The notes under the pieces were generated by a model that made no database searches, had not been told where the DNA came from, and saw only the letters and a program-made list of their open reading frames with translations. Below are positions 9,024 to 19,312 of a stretch of DNA of 64,000 nt, piece by piece. The translations under genes were made by a program, and so were the position numbers. Every line of letters begins with the position of its first letter. Positions within the stretch are counted from its first letter, which is position 1. This DNA is from an uncultured Candidatus Pelagibacter sp. (GTDB lineage: Bacteria; Pseudomonadota; Alphaproteobacteria; Paracaedibacterales; CAIOTO01), in NCBI GenBank assembly GCA_964415115.1, contig CAYPYB010000001.1:75228-139227 (forward strand). The letters run 5' to 3'.

Positions 9024-10385
9024 ATGAAACGTGACTTATCAGTGGTTACAAATGAAACATTATCTCTTTGTTCTCAAATTAATAATATTAACTCTAAAGA
9101 AATTACAGGTCATGTATTTTCTATCCAAGGATTAACGATACATATTATTGTGCATTATTCAGACATTGGAATAGGATCAAGATGCTATTTGCTGACCGAT
9201 AAAAAACAAAAAATCTGGGCTGAAGTTATCGGTTTTAATAAAGATTACGTCATTGTCATGCTATTTGATCACGCGCACGGAATCAAACCTGGACAAACGG
9301 TTTATTTTGAATCTTCCCAGCCAACAATTAACCCCAATATGCAATGGTGTGGCAGAGTCATTAATGGTTTAGCTGAACCTATTGACGATTTGGGACCTTT
9401 ACCTTTTGGTGAATATGTACAATTATTGGATCCACCTTCTTTACCAGCCACAAAGCGTGCAAGAGTAAAAGACAGAATCAGCGTAGGCGTAAAAGCCATC
9501 AACACATTTCTAACGTGCTGTAAAGGTCAAAGAATGGGGATTTTCGCAGGGTCTGGAGTTGGAAAATCAACCCTGTTATCGATGTTTGCTAAAAATACAG
9601 ATTGTGATATTTGCATTCTAGCGTTAGTTGGTGAACGAGGAAAAGAAGTTAAAGACTTTTTAGAAGAAACATTAGGAGAAGACGGCTCAAAAAAAAGCAT
9701 CGTCATTGTATCTACATCCGATGAGCCACCGTTAATGAGGCGACAAGCAGCCTATCTGGCATTAAGTCTTGCAGATTATTACAGAGGCCAAGGATTATCC
9801 GTTTTATGCCTTATAGACAGTGTTACCCGTTTTGCCATGGCGCAACGAGAAATTGGATTATCTGCCGGTGAACCACCAACCACAAAAGGCTATACACCTA
9901 GTGTTTTCACACAGTTAGCTCAACTTTTAGAACGTGCAGGGCCTGGCCTAGAACATCCTTCTAATTCTCATAAAACAGGATATGTTACAGGACTTTTTAC
10001 CGTTCTAGTGGATGGAGATGATACCAACGAACCTATATCCGATGCGGTTCGTGGTATTGTGGATGGGCATATCATTTTAGATAGAAAAATTGCTGAACAG
10101 GGCAAATTTCCAGCTATTGATATAACCAAAAGCATATCGCGTACAGTTCCTGGGTGTCACTTAGAACATGAAAAAGATGTTGTTAAACAAGCGCGAAAAT
10201 ATATAGCCCTCTATGAAGACATGCAAGATATGATAAGACTTGGAGCTTATCGTAAAGGATCTGATCCAGAAGTAGACAAAGCCATCACATTAATGAAAAA
10301 ATTACATTCTTTTTTATCACAAACTTCGCAAGAAAATTTTTCCATCGAAGCTTCTTTTAAACTTTTACAAGAGTGTCTTTCATAA
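9024..10385 (+). CDS. fliI: flagellum-specific (type III) ATPase
   Basis: It has Walker A GSGVGKSTLL and FliI/SctN-type blocks (VGERGKEV, DSVTRFAMAQREIGLSAGEPPTTKGYTPSVF, LVDGDDTNEPISD). Length is 453 aa. Flagellin, fliD and fliS elsewhere in the window favour the flagellar assignment. Confidence 0.8.
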   Translation: MKRDLSVVTNETLSLCSQINNINSKEITGHVFSIQGLTIHIIVHYSDIGIGSRCYLLTDKKQKIWAEVIGFNKDYVIVMLFDHAHGIKPGQTVYFESSQPTINPNMQWCGRVINGLAEPIDDLGPLPFGEYVQLLDPPSLPATKRARVKDRISVGVKAINTFLTCCKGQRMGIFAGSGVGKSTLLSMFAKNTDCDICILALVGERGKEVKDFLEETLGEDGSKKSIVIVSTSDEPPLMRRQAAYLALSLADYYRGQGLSVLCLIDSVTRFAMAQREIGLSAGEPPTTKGYTPSVFTQLAQLLERAGPGLEHPSNSHKTGYVTGLFTVLVDGDDTNEPISDAVRGIVDGHIILDRKIAEQGKFPAIDITKSISRTVPGCHLEHEKDVVKQARKYIALYEDMQDMIRLGAYRKGSDPEVDKAITLMKKLHSFLSQTSQENFSIEASFKLLQECLS

Positions 10386-10452
10386 TAAAACTTGACTCAA
10401 TAATAAAAAAGAATATAATTAATATGAAATAATTTTTTATTAAAAAATAAAC

Positions 10453-11427
10453 ATGATTTATACTTTAATTGTATTTTTAATTAATTCATTTTTTTGTACA
10501 TTTTCTAGTGCTCATCATAACGACGAACAAAATCTAAAATTTATTCATGAGACTTTTCCATTTAAAGAATTAACGGCTGAAGAAAAACAATTAGCATATG
10601 TACCTTGTCCTGATGGGATACACCTAGGAGCATATAGGTATTATTGGGATGTCCCCAGCATGCAATATTTTTCCAATCAAGTAAAAGATGGTCAAAATAT
10701 TTTGGAAATTGGATGTGCTACCGGAAAATTATCGTTTCAATTATGCAGAGAAAAACCTAAAGCACGAATAATCGCGCTGGACTTTAATATAAAAGGAATT
10801 GATGAAGCGCTAGACGGACAACGCATACTCGTTGCCCTTAATATTCATCAATTTCGTCATATAACTTTTGAATGTTACGATTTTAGCAAACAATTTTTTT
10901 ATAGTCGTGATTATAATTTTGATCATATTAGCTTTTTCAATGCTGCACATCTCTTAACCCCTCATCAATTACACACAGCTTTTTGTAACATTCGTAATTG
11001 CTTAACCGATGAAGGGACTTTATACTTTTCCATGGTTGCTATGATTTCTTCTGTGAAAAATGACACTACATTTATGGATAAGTATACAAATGCACTGACA
11101 AAAAGAGATATTCAATACCCTGGATACGTTTATGGCACATCAACTGATCTTTCAGGAAAACAAAACTCCTTTGCTTATGATTTTGCAGAAAAGATGACAA
11201 GCATACCTTTCCCCTACCAGAATATTAAAAATGAAAAAACACTATTTTTGGGTGATATACAAACTATCAAAAGAATGATGAAGGATCATCAGATAAAACC
11301 AAAATTCATGTTCTATTCATCTGCCCGTCTTCAAAAACATTTTATAAATATCGAAGATGCAATGAAAGAAACAGGAGATATAACATTACATATCATAGCT
11401 CAATTAGCTCAATTAGATACAGAATAA
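10453..11427 (+). CDS. class I SAM-dependent methyltransferase with an N-terminal signal-like peptide
   Basis: It has motif I (ILEIGCATGKLS) followed by IIALDFN. The N-terminus MIYTLIVFLINSFFCTFSSA looks like a Sec signal peptide. Confidence 0.6.
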   Translation: MIYTLIVFLINSFFCTFSSAHHNDEQNLKFIHETFPFKELTAEEKQLAYVPCPDGIHLGAYRYYWDVPSMQYFSNQVKDGQNILEIGCATGKLSFQLCREKPKARIIALDFNIKGIDEALDGQRILVALNIHQFRHITFECYDFSKQFFYSRDYNFDHISFFNAAHLLTPHQLHTAFCNIRNCLTDEGTLYFSMVAMISSVKNDTTFMDKYTNALTKRDIQYPGYVYGTSTDLSGKQNSFAYDFAEKMTSIPFPYQNIKNEKTLFLGDIQTIKRMMKDHQIKPKFMFYSSARLQKHFINIEDAMKETGDITLHIIAQLAQLDTE

Positions 11428-11433
11428 TTTTTT

Positions 11434-12105
11434 TTATTTTGAGGCTTTGATTTCGTCTTTTAAAAGATCCACAAAAGCCTTATTCATGTCAGTTGCTGGC
11501 GTGTCGTGATTCAAGTTTTTAATAAACTTTCCCTGACGATTCAGTATATAAACATAGCTACTGTGATTCACCAAATAGTTTTCAGGTCTATTAGGATTTT
11601 CTTCCTTCAATGCATAAACACGATACTTCAATTTGACTTTTTCAATCTCTGCTTCTGATCCTGTTAAAAAAATAAAGGACGAGTCAAAATTTGTTTTATA
11701 CAGGGCTAACTGTTCGCAGGTATCTCTTGTGGGATCAATGGTAATAAAGATTGGGACAAATTGATCTCGGTCTTTTTCAAGATTTTTTAGAGCAATAGAT
11801 ATATTACTTAAACCTAACGGACAAACGTCTGGGCAAAAAGTATAACCAAAATATAAAATAACAAACTTTCCACGTAATTGGTCGAGACTAAATTTTTCAC
11901 AATTTGCAAAATTATTTTTATCTTTTTTATGCAACGCTTCCGATTTGGTTTGCATTAAAGAAAAATCACCACCAAAATCTGAAGATACATGATCTACTTG
12001 TGTATCCATCACCAGTGGCGGCTTATCGGTGAAAAACCACAACAATGAACCAGAAAGGGCACCTGCTGACAAAATAAGAATTATTCTAAGATACAAAGGG
12101 CGCAT
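11434..12105 (-). CDS. SCO1/SenC family copper chaperone
   Basis: It has an N-terminal TM segment, a thioredoxin-fold CPDVCP (CxxxC) motif and a downstream H (VNHSSYVYIL) typical of SCO1. Confidence 0.8.
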   Translation of the reverse strand: MRPLYLRIILILSAGALSGSLLWFFTDKPPLVMDTQVDHVSSDFGGDFSLMQTKSEALHKKDKNNFANCEKFSLDQLRGKFVILYFGYTFCPDVCPLGLSNISIALKNLEKDRDQFVPIFITIDPTRDTCEQLALYKTNFDSSFIFLTGSEAEIEKVKLKYRVYALKEENPNRPENYLVNHSSYVYILNRQGKFIKNLNHDTPATDMNKAFVDLLKDEIKASK

Positions 12106-12269
12106 ATGTAACCTGATACTTTTGAGTTGAAGATGAATGGGCTAGATTAATATGATAAATTGAGTATTGTTAAGAAACATATTTTCTGGCTTCAAGCCAT
12201 ATATCGTATTTCATTTTAGTATTTTTCCATAAACAAAGAAAGCCCATACCTATAGAAAAAAGGCAAATC

Positions 12270-13583
12270 TTACTGTTCTCGTTTCATTAGATATTTAATC
12301 GTCCATAAAAATGAGAACATCAAAAATACATACATTGTACCATACAATAATAATGTAAATAATACATGTTGGGCATCCAAATTTTTGGCAACAGAATCTT
12401 TTGTTCTAAGTATTCCTTGCACCAACCATGGCTGCCTTCCTACTTCGGTAGTGTACCAACCCGCAAGGGTTGCCAGCCAACCCGAAAATGTCATGACAAT
12501 CATAGCTTTCAAAAAATAGGGTGAAAATTTAAATGTGTCAAAAATCTTTCTGTTCTTGAAGAAAATCAAACCACCCCAAACTGAAAGCAACAGCATTAGA
12601 ATTCCTATTCCAACCATTATTCTAAATCCAAAAAAGACCGGTTTTACAGGTGGAATGTCATCTTTAAATTCATTTAAGCCTTTGATTTCTCCATCAAAGG
12701 AATGGGTTAAAATTAAACTGGCTAAATAAGGTATTGAAACTTCAAAATGATTTTTTTTATTCGCCGAGTCAGGAATAGCAAATAAACGCAGAGGTGCACT
12801 TTTTTCCGTTTCCCATATACCTTCCATGGCAGCAACTTTTGCAGGTTGGTGTTTTAAAGTAACCAATCCATGTAGATCACCAATCAAAATCTGTATGGGA
12901 CTAAACAACAAAGCGAGGTAGATACAAAATCTTAAAGATAATTTTGCGCTTCGTGAAAAGACATTATTTTTTATGCGATAAGCATTTATACCGGCAACTA
13001 AAAATAAAGCCGTCAAAAATGAAGCGATAATAACGTGTGTGAAACGATACGAAGTTGAATAATTAAAAACAATTTGAAACCAATCTTGTGCATAAGCTTT
13101 ACCGTCTTTCATCACATGACCTAATGGCGTTTGCATCCAAGAATTTAAAGCAATAATCCAAAAGGCGGATAATGTTGTTCCAAAAGCTACTAAAAAAGTA
13201 GAAATAGTATGGATCCTTTCAGAAACTTTTTCCCTTCCATATAGCATAATACCTAAAAATGATGCCTCTAAGAAAAAGGCTGTTAACACCTCATAACCCA
13301 AAAGTGGACCAGCGACGTTACCAACGGTTTCCATAAACCCGGGCCAATTTGTACCAAACTGAAAAGACATTGTCACGCCGGTTACAACACCTAATGCAAA
13401 ACAAAGAGCAAAGATTTTGACCCAAAACTGATATTCTTTCATCCAGTTATGGTCATTAGTTTTACGGTATTTTATTTTAAAGAAAAACAAAAGCCAACTT
13501 AAACCTATCGATATACTAGGCCACAATATGTGAAAAGAAATATTTAAAGCAAATTGAAGTCTCGATAACAATAGAGTATCCAT
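12270..13583 (-). CDS. cydA: cytochrome bd-type ubiquinol oxidase subunit I (short Q-loop type)
   Basis: The N-terminus LSRLQFALNISFHILWPSISIGL and the multi-TM profile match CydA/CioA. Length is 437 aa. No cydB follows. Confidence 0.75.
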   Translation of the reverse strand: MDTLLLSRLQFALNISFHILWPSISIGLSWLLFFFKIKYRKTNDHNWMKEYQFWVKIFALCFALGVVTGVTMSFQFGTNWPGFMETVGNVAGPLLGYEVLTAFFLEASFLGIMLYGREKVSERIHTISTFLVAFGTTLSAFWIIALNSWMQTPLGHVMKDGKAYAQDWFQIVFNYSTSYRFTHVIIASFLTALFLVAGINAYRIKNNVFSRSAKLSLRFCIYLALLFSPIQILIGDLHGLVTLKHQPAKVAAMEGIWETEKSAPLRLFAIPDSANKKNHFEVSIPYLASLILTHSFDGEIKGLNEFKDDIPPVKPVFFGFRIMVGIGILMLLLSVWGGLIFFKNRKIFDTFKFSPYFLKAMIVMTFSGWLATLAGWYTTEVGRQPWLVQGILRTKDSVAKNLDAQHVLFTLLLYGTMYVFLMFSFLWTIKYLMKREQ

Positions 13584-13734
13584 AAGTCCCCTGTGTTTTG
13601 TTTTTAAAGTCGATGTCGATTAAAAAAATCAACATACCTTTAATTATAAACACAAAATATGAATCAGGTGCAAATTAATACGGCCCCACAAAGACTTTAA
13701 AAATCTGTGTTTTATCCAAAGTAATATAGATAAT

Positions 13735-15489
13735 CTATTCCTCGATATTTTGACCTACAAATTTTTCTTTCAGAGATTTGTTGATGTGTTCTTCTGCAAA
13801 CAATGAACTGGTCTGCTTTAAAACTTCCAAAGCATTTTCAAGTTCTTGACTATCTAAAGCATCTGCATCAATGATTTTTTTTAAATTATTTTTTTCGTCA
13901 ATGAGGCGATTAATGAGTTCTGAAGGAATATGTTCAACGTTTTGATCTAACGCAAATTCACACGATTTAATTAAACGAAGGCTTTGCATTTTTAAATCTA
14001 TCAGATTCTTTTTCATAAAGTCTTCATCTAAATGACTATAAGCCTGCAGCATGATTTCTCTTTTTCGCTGTTCAGATAATTGATGCGTTGCATGAACATC
14101 GACTGCGCATTGAATGCCTGTTTTTTCTTCTCGTGCGATTACTTTTAATAAACCATCTGTATCCAGTTGAAAATCCACAGAAACCTCAAGGAATCCTGCA
14201 GGATATGCTGGCAAATCTTTCATCACAAAACGACCTAAAGAAACGCATTTTTCAACTAAATCGCTTTCTCCTTGCAGGACATGAAAAGATATGGCTGTTT
14301 GATTATGCTCATATGTCGTAAATTTCTGAGAGAATGAACATGGCAAGGTCGAATTCCTAGGTATAATAACTTCCATAAGACCCCCGAATGTTTCAATTCC
14401 TAAAGACAATGGGGAAACATCCAAAAGAATATAACCTTCACCACCCAACAATTTCAAGGCTTGAAGCGCTGCGCCTTTTGAAACAACAGTATCAGGATTA
14501 TGTGTACATAAAATTTTATGATCTTCAAAAATGGATCCTAATCTTTCTGTCAAGCCCCACAATTTTGATGATCCACCCACCATAACAATTTTATTAATTT
14601 GCTCTATATCGATATCGGCATCAAAAATAACATCCTTACAAATATCTATGGTTTGATCCAATAATGGTTTTGATACAGCTATCAAATCTGACCGAGTAAA
14701 AGAGAGTTCCTTTTCTCCCCATACCTCTGTACTGGATAAATCTTCCTTTGCTTGTCTTGCAAATTGAATAAGGTTTGCATCACTGTATTTTTTGGTTATA
14801 TCCGAATAATTTTCCTTCCAAAAAGATACAATCGCTTGATCAATGTCGTCACCTCCAAGAAAACAATTTCCTTTCGTTGCTTTTACGTTGAAAATTCCTC
14901 TCTTAAAATTTAAAAGCGAACAGTCAAACGTTCCTCCACCAAAGTCGAACACCAAAAAATATCCATTATCAATATCATCCAGATGATAACTTAGGGCTGC
15001 TGCTGTAGGTTCTGATAATAATCTTAAAACATTAAACCCTGCTTGAATGGATGCATCTTTGGTTGCTTGTCTTGCCGTGTCGTCAAAATATGCAGGGACA
15101 GTTAAAACAATATCTTTAACGTCATACTGAAAATAATTATTCAAACTTTTTTTTAAATATTTCAACAATTCCAAAGTCAACTCGAAAGGGGTTGATTGAA
15201 CTTTTTTATCAGATGAATCAATAGGTGCAAAAGGTTGATGCAAATGAGGTTTAAAGGACGAGAAATACGAATCCATTTTTTGTGCCTGCTTGCCGCATAG
15301 CCATGACTTTGAAAGTTCATCAAAAGCCACAACCGATGGGATAAGTTTTCCTTCATTCTCCAATTGTAAAATTTCTATGTTATCTTTATCTTTGGCGAAT
15401 GAAATAACAGTATGAGTGGTTCCAAGATCTATACCAATAGGTAATATTTTGTGATTTTCTTTTGAAGTCGTATTTATCTGAACTAACAT
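13735..15489 (-). CDS. hscA: Fe-S cluster assembly Hsp70-type chaperone
   Basis: It has the Hsp70 ATPase motif IGIDLGTTHTVIS and DFGGGTFD. It sits at the end of the isc operon after hscB. Confidence 0.8.
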   Translation of the reverse strand: MLVQINTTSKENHKILPIGIDLGTTHTVISFAKDKDNIEILQLENEGKLIPSVVAFDELSKSWLCGKQAQKMDSYFSSFKPHLHQPFAPIDSSDKKVQSTPFELTLELLKYLKKSLNNYFQYDVKDIVLTVPAYFDDTARQATKDASIQAGFNVLRLLSEPTAAALSYHLDDIDNGYFLVFDFGGGTFDCSLLNFKRGIFNVKATKGNCFLGGDDIDQAIVSFWKENYSDITKKYSDANLIQFARQAKEDLSSTEVWGEKELSFTRSDLIAVSKPLLDQTIDICKDVIFDADIDIEQINKIVMVGGSSKLWGLTERLGSIFEDHKILCTHNPDTVVSKGAALQALKLLGGEGYILLDVSPLSLGIETFGGLMEVIIPRNSTLPCSFSQKFTTYEHNQTAISFHVLQGESDLVEKCVSLGRFVMKDLPAYPAGFLEVSVDFQLDTDGLLKVIAREEKTGIQCAVDVHATHQLSEQRKREIMLQAYSHLDEDFMKKNLIDLKMQSLRLIKSCEFALDQNVEHIPSELINRLIDEKNNLKKIIDADALDSQELENALEVLKQTSSLFAEEHINKSLKEKFVGQNIEE

Positions 15490-15504
15490 TACTGTTTTAA
15501 CCCA

Positions 15505-16158
15505 TTATTGAAATTTTTTATTTTTTTGTTTTGCTGACACTAAAGTTTTATAGAGGAAGCACAGCTCATGATATTGCTCCATCAGTTGATCGGCTGATTG
15601 CTCGAACATTTTTTGATCGTAAAGAGTTTGAAATTTCTTCGCGCCCTCTTCTATCAATAACATTATTTTTTGAATCAAATTATGCACTTCATCCTGGCTA
15701 TTCGTTTCTTCTAATTCATTTTTTAAATCAAACATAAGCGCAAGCATAGATGATGATTGAACAGTGTGTATTGACATTTTATCTTTTGAAAATCCTGCAC
15801 ACTCAAGCATCATTTCTAATCGGCCAACTGGTTTTTGCAAACATTCATAGAGATCATTTATTTTTTTACAAATTTGCGTTGCTTTTAGTTTTTCATGATC
15901 TTCGCTAAAATTATCGGGGTGATATTTTTTTTGATAATCAAAATACATGTCTTCAATTTTTTCTAAATCCACATCTACTGAAATAAACTGCTTAAAGATA
16001 TGAAAAGCAGAAACGGATTTTTGGCATAACTTATTGTACACGTCATCAAGTTTAAGATCTTGATTCAAAATATTGGTTTCTGCTGTATCTAATATATCAA
16101 ACATGAAACGATTTTCCGCACCCACAACGACCTTTTTCGTTAGGGTTTGTAAATTCAA
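15505..16158 (-). CDS. hscB: Fe-S cluster co-chaperone (J-domain)
   Basis: It has a J-domain-like segment ending in KKYHPDNF and lies between iscA and hscA. The start is uncertain: the track start overlaps iscA by 62 nt, while the ATG at 16104 would overlap by only 8 nt. Confidence 0.65.
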   Translation of the reverse strand: MNLQTLTKKVVVGAENRFMFDILDTAETNILNQDLKLDDVYNKLCQKSVSAFHIFKQFISVDVDLEKIEDMYFDYQKKYHPDNFSEDHEKLKATQICKKINDLYECLQKPVGRLEMMLECAGFSKDKMSIHTVQSSSMLALMFDLKNELEETNSQDEVHNLIQKIMLLIEEGAKKFQTLYDQKMFEQSADQLMEQYHELCFLYKTLVSAKQKNKKFQ

Positions 16159-16438
16159 AACCAGATTCCATTTTATTGTCGATAAAATCCATAGCCATCC
16201 CTAATACATAAAACATCGATTTAGGGTCTACGCAAAAAGTCACGCCTTCGATTGTAAACTGTTCATCCATAAATTCTGGATCTTTCACAAAACTAAGAGT
16301 GTACGACAATCCAGAACATCCTTTACGATTTACGCCTATCCTAACCCCACCTGGCATGGGGTTTTGAGTAGATATCAAAGATTTAATGCGATTTAATGCA
16401 TTTTCTGAAACATGGATTGGAACTTTTTTCGTAGACAT
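16097..16438 (-). CDS. iscA: iron-sulfur cluster assembly A-type carrier
   Basis: It has the C-terminal CGCGKSF motif and an internal GCSG. Length is 113 aa. Confidence 0.8.
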   Translation of the reverse strand: MSTKKVPIHVSENALNRIKSLISTQNPMPGGVRIGVNRKGCSGLSYTLSFVKDPEFMDEQFTIEGVTFCVDPKSMFYVLGMAMDFIDNKMESGFEFTNPNEKGRCGCGKSFHV

Positions 16439-16446
16439 GTTTTTTC

Positions 16447-16860
16447 CTAATTCACAACTTCCTGAACAGTTTCATTTTTTTGCACCTGTTTTCCACGATA
16501 GTCATCAACTGCTGCTTTAATAGCATCTTCAGCTAATACCGAACAATGAATTTTAACAGGTGGCAAACATAAATGCTCTGCTATTTCGATGTTTTTAATT
16601 TTTAAAGCATCTTCAATATGTTTGCCTTTAATCCATTCTGTAATCACAGAAGAGGATGCAATGGCCGAACCGCATCCAAATGTTTTAAATTTTACATCTT
16701 CTATAACGCCATCATCACTGACTTGAATTTGAAGACGCATAACGTCTCCACACGCAGGTGCACCAACGAGACCTGTACCTACTTTTGCACTACTTTTATC
16801 GAGTGTTCCAACATTTTTTGGATTCTCGTAATGATCGATTACTTTTTCACTGTAAGCCAT
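16447..16860 (-). CDS. iscU: Fe-S cluster scaffold protein
   Basis: Motifs read: GAPACGDVMRLQI, FGCGSAIASSS and LPPVKIHCSVLAEDA. Confidence 0.9.
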   Translation of the reverse strand: MAYSEKVIDHYENPKNVGTLDKSSAKVGTGLVGAPACGDVMRLQIQVSDDGVIEDVKFKTFGCGSAIASSSVITEWIKGKHIEDALKIKNIEIAEHLCLPPVKIHCSVLAEDAIKAAVDDYRGKQVQKNETVQEVVN

Positions 16861-16882
16861 AATTTTCTCCTTCTTTTTAAAA

Positions 16883-18130
16883 TCAATGAGCTGCCCATTG
16901 AATATCTTTAATATTGATACCTTCTTGAGCCATTTCCCATAATGGACTCATATCACGTAATTTTTTCACAGCCTTAATCAGTTTTGCACAAGCAAATCTA
17001 ATTTCGTCTTCTGTTGTAAAACGCCCCATACCAAATCGTATAGACGTATGTGCTAGTTCTTCCTCAACGCCTAAAGCTCTTAAAACATAAGATGGTTCAA
17101 GTGATGAAGATGTACACGCAGATCCTGATGAAACGGCAAGTTCTTTAATACCCATCATAAGTCCTTCACCTTCAACATATGCAAAACTTAAATTTAGACT
17201 TCCTGGGATGCGACTTTGTTCATCACCGTTAAGGTAAACTTCGTCTAAATTCTCGCGAATTTCTGATAACATCAGCTGCGTTAATAATTTGACTCTTTTA
17301 ATTTCTTCATTCATTTCTAATCGTGCGATACGCGCCGCTTCACCTAAACCTGCGCATAAAGCTGGAGATAATGTACCAGATCTCATTCCTCGTTCTTGAC
17401 CACCACCCGACAAAAGATGATTCAAACGAACACGAGGTTTACGTCTAACAAATAAAGCACCGATGCCCTTTGGACCGTACATTTTATGACCCGAAATGCT
17501 TAACAAATCGATATTCATTTCATTAACATCAATTGACATTTTCCCTGCTGCTTGTGCTGCATCGGTATGAAAAAATATATTATTTTGACGACAAATAGCC
17601 CCGATTTCTTTAATAGGTTGAATAACACCGATTTCATTATTCACCATCATAATAGAAACAAGTAATGTATCGGGTCTTATGGCATTTTTTAATGTATTTA
17701 AATCGATCAAGCCATTTTGCTGAACGGGTAAAAATGTAATCTCAAACCCTTGTTGTTCCAGTTGACGACACGATTCTAAAACACATTTATGTTCTGTAAC
17801 GCATGTTATAATGTGGCGTTTTTGATCACCATAAAAACCAGCTAAGCCCTTAATGGCAAGGTTGTTAGATTCTGTGGCACCGCTGGTAAAGATAACTTCT
17901 CTTTCATCAGCGCCAATCAGTAATGCTAATTCTTTACGTGCATTTTCCACAGCCTCTTCAGCCATCCATCCAAAGGAATGATTTCTTGAATGAGGGTTGC
18001 CAAAAATATCTGTAAAATACGGAATCATCTTTTTAACAACTCTTGGATCGCAAGGCGTTGTAGACTGATAGTCTAAATAAATAAAATCTTTAGACATTAT
18101 GGGGTGGACTTTTAATTGTGTTTCTGTCAT
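16883..18130 (-). CDS. iscS: cysteine desulfurase
   Basis: It has the PLP-lysine motif [18 protein letters not shown] and the active-site loop [17 protein letters not shown]. The start may be the internal ATG at 18097 ([15 protein letters not shown]). Confidence 0.9.
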   Translation of the reverse strand: MTETQLKVHPIMSKDFIYLDYQSTTPCDPRVVKKMIPYFTDIFGNPHSRNHSFGWMAEEAVENARKELALLIGADEREVIFTSGATESNNLAIKGLAGFYGDQKRHIITCVTEHKCVLESCRQLEQQGFEITFLPVQQNGLIDLNTLKNAIRPDTLLVSIMMVNNEIGVIQPIKEIGAICRQNNIFFHTDAAQAAGKMSIDVNEMNIDLLSISGHKMYGPKGIGALFVRRKPRVRLNHLLSGGGQERGMRSGTLSPALCAGLGEAARIARLEMNEEIKRVKLLTQLMLSEIRENLDEVYLNGDEQSRIPGSLNLSFAYVEGEGLMMGIKELAVSSGSACTSSSLEPSYVLRALGVEEELAHTSIRFGMGRFTTEDEIRFACAKLIKAVKKLRDMSPLWEMAQEGINIKDIQWAAH

Positions 18131-18151
18131 TTATAAACCTCTTTTTCTTTA

Positions 18152-19312
18152 TCAAACATACGAGCTGTCATTATGAATAACGACCCCAAATTTTTTGGCC
18201 ATTTTACACCAAATATTAAAAAACTGATCCAAATCACAATTCTCTATACACGGCCCCATACTTACACGCAAAGACCCCATGCTTAAATGATCTGGGACTT
18301 TCATAGCTTTTAAAACATGAGAATCCTTTAGACTTCCAGATGAACATGCAGAACCTGCACTAACACCAATACCATTGATGTCCATAAATACAACCTGATT
18401 TTCAGATTTAACACCTTTCAAACAGATCATACTGGTGTTTTCAAGGCGATCGATCTGCTCTGGACCCATGCTTTTTCCTGCGATAAAAACATCGGGAAAA
18501 ACATCTAAAATCTTTAATTCTAAACGATCTCTTTTGATCCCAATACCTTTCCATACATTGTTTTCTTGCTCTTCTATTGCTTTTTCCAACGCCACAGCAA
18601 AACTAATAACCCCTACAAGGTTTTCTGTTCCGGCACGTCGATATTGCTCTTGTCCGCCACCTTTTACAAAAGCTGGCAATTCCCAATTTTTTTTAATAAC
18701 GCAACATCCAATGCCACCAAATCCACCAATTTTATGCGCAGACAAAGCACAAGAAGAAAACAATGAAAAATCGATTTTCCTTTTACCTAAAACTTGAACA
18801 GCATCACAATGAAAATAGGCGCCATACTGCTTACATAAATTTGAAATGGTACGGACATCTTGCACTACACCCGTTTCATTATTAGCGTACATCATGCAAA
18901 CCAAAGAAGGCCGCGATTGTTTTGAAAGCCAACTTTCTAAATCCCCTAGATCTATGCGGCCCCAAGAATCTACATTTAAAATATCCACCGAAGATTTTGC
19001 ACTCAAGACCGAACTATGCTCTACCGATGAAACCAATATCGGCCCATCAAAAGACTGGATAACACTGTTATTCACTTCAGTAGCACCGCTTGTGAAAATT
19101 ATTTCGTAATCTGTTCTAGAGATATTTAATAAATTAAACAAAATATCACGTGATGATTCTAGTGCATATTTAGCTTTGCGCCCCCAATCATGAATTGCAG
19201 AAGGGTTTATGGTATTCAAATCTTGCCATTTTTGGTTTTCAAAGCACTCTTTGCGAACGGGCACCGAAGCATTGTAATCTAGATAAATGTAATGACTATA
19301 ACTATGTATCAT
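18152..19312 (-). CDS. second, divergent NifS/IscS-like cysteine desulfurase
   Basis: It has IYLDYNASVP, a PLP-lysine motif SAHKIGGFGG and a Cys loop SAGSACSSGS. It lies in tandem directly upstream of iscS. Confidence 0.8.
   Translation of the reverse strand: MIHSYSHYIYLDYNASVPVRKECFENQKWQDLNTINPSAIHDWGRKAKYALESSRDILFNLLNISRTDYEIIFTSGATEVNNSVIQSFDGPILVSSVEHSSVLSAKSSVDILNVDSWGRIDLGDLESWLSKQSRPSLVCMMYANNETGVVQDVRTISNLCKQYGAYFHCDAVQVLGKRKIDFSLFSSCALSAHKIGGFGGIGCCVIKKNWELPAFVKGGGQEQYRRAGTENLVGVISFAVALEKAIEEQENNVWKGIGIKRDRLELKILDVFPDVFIAGKSMGPEQIDRLENTSMICLKGVKSENQVVFMDINGIGVSAGSACSSGSLKDSHVLKAMKVPDHLSMGSLRVSMGPCIENCDLDQFFNIWCKMAKKFGVVIHNDSSYV

Noticed and set aside
9024-10385. FliI-like ATPase as an injectisome (SctN) ATPase of a virulence type III secretion system
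   Set aside because: No sct, ysc or hrc-type genes are nearby, and flagellin, fliD and fliS are present in the window. Sequence alone cannot fully exclude it, but the flagellar assignment is more parsimonious.
18435-18797. 120-aa + strand ORF, plus similar antisense ORFs (2600..2800, 3651..3845, 5052..5270, 14088..14321, 22307..22576, 38451..38729, 40267..40551, 53199..53444, 63434..63706 and others in the track)
   Set aside because: All lie entirely inside, and antisense to, well-supported conserved genes. They have odd composition (Cys/Ser/Phe-rich) and no motifs. They are typical shadow ORFs.
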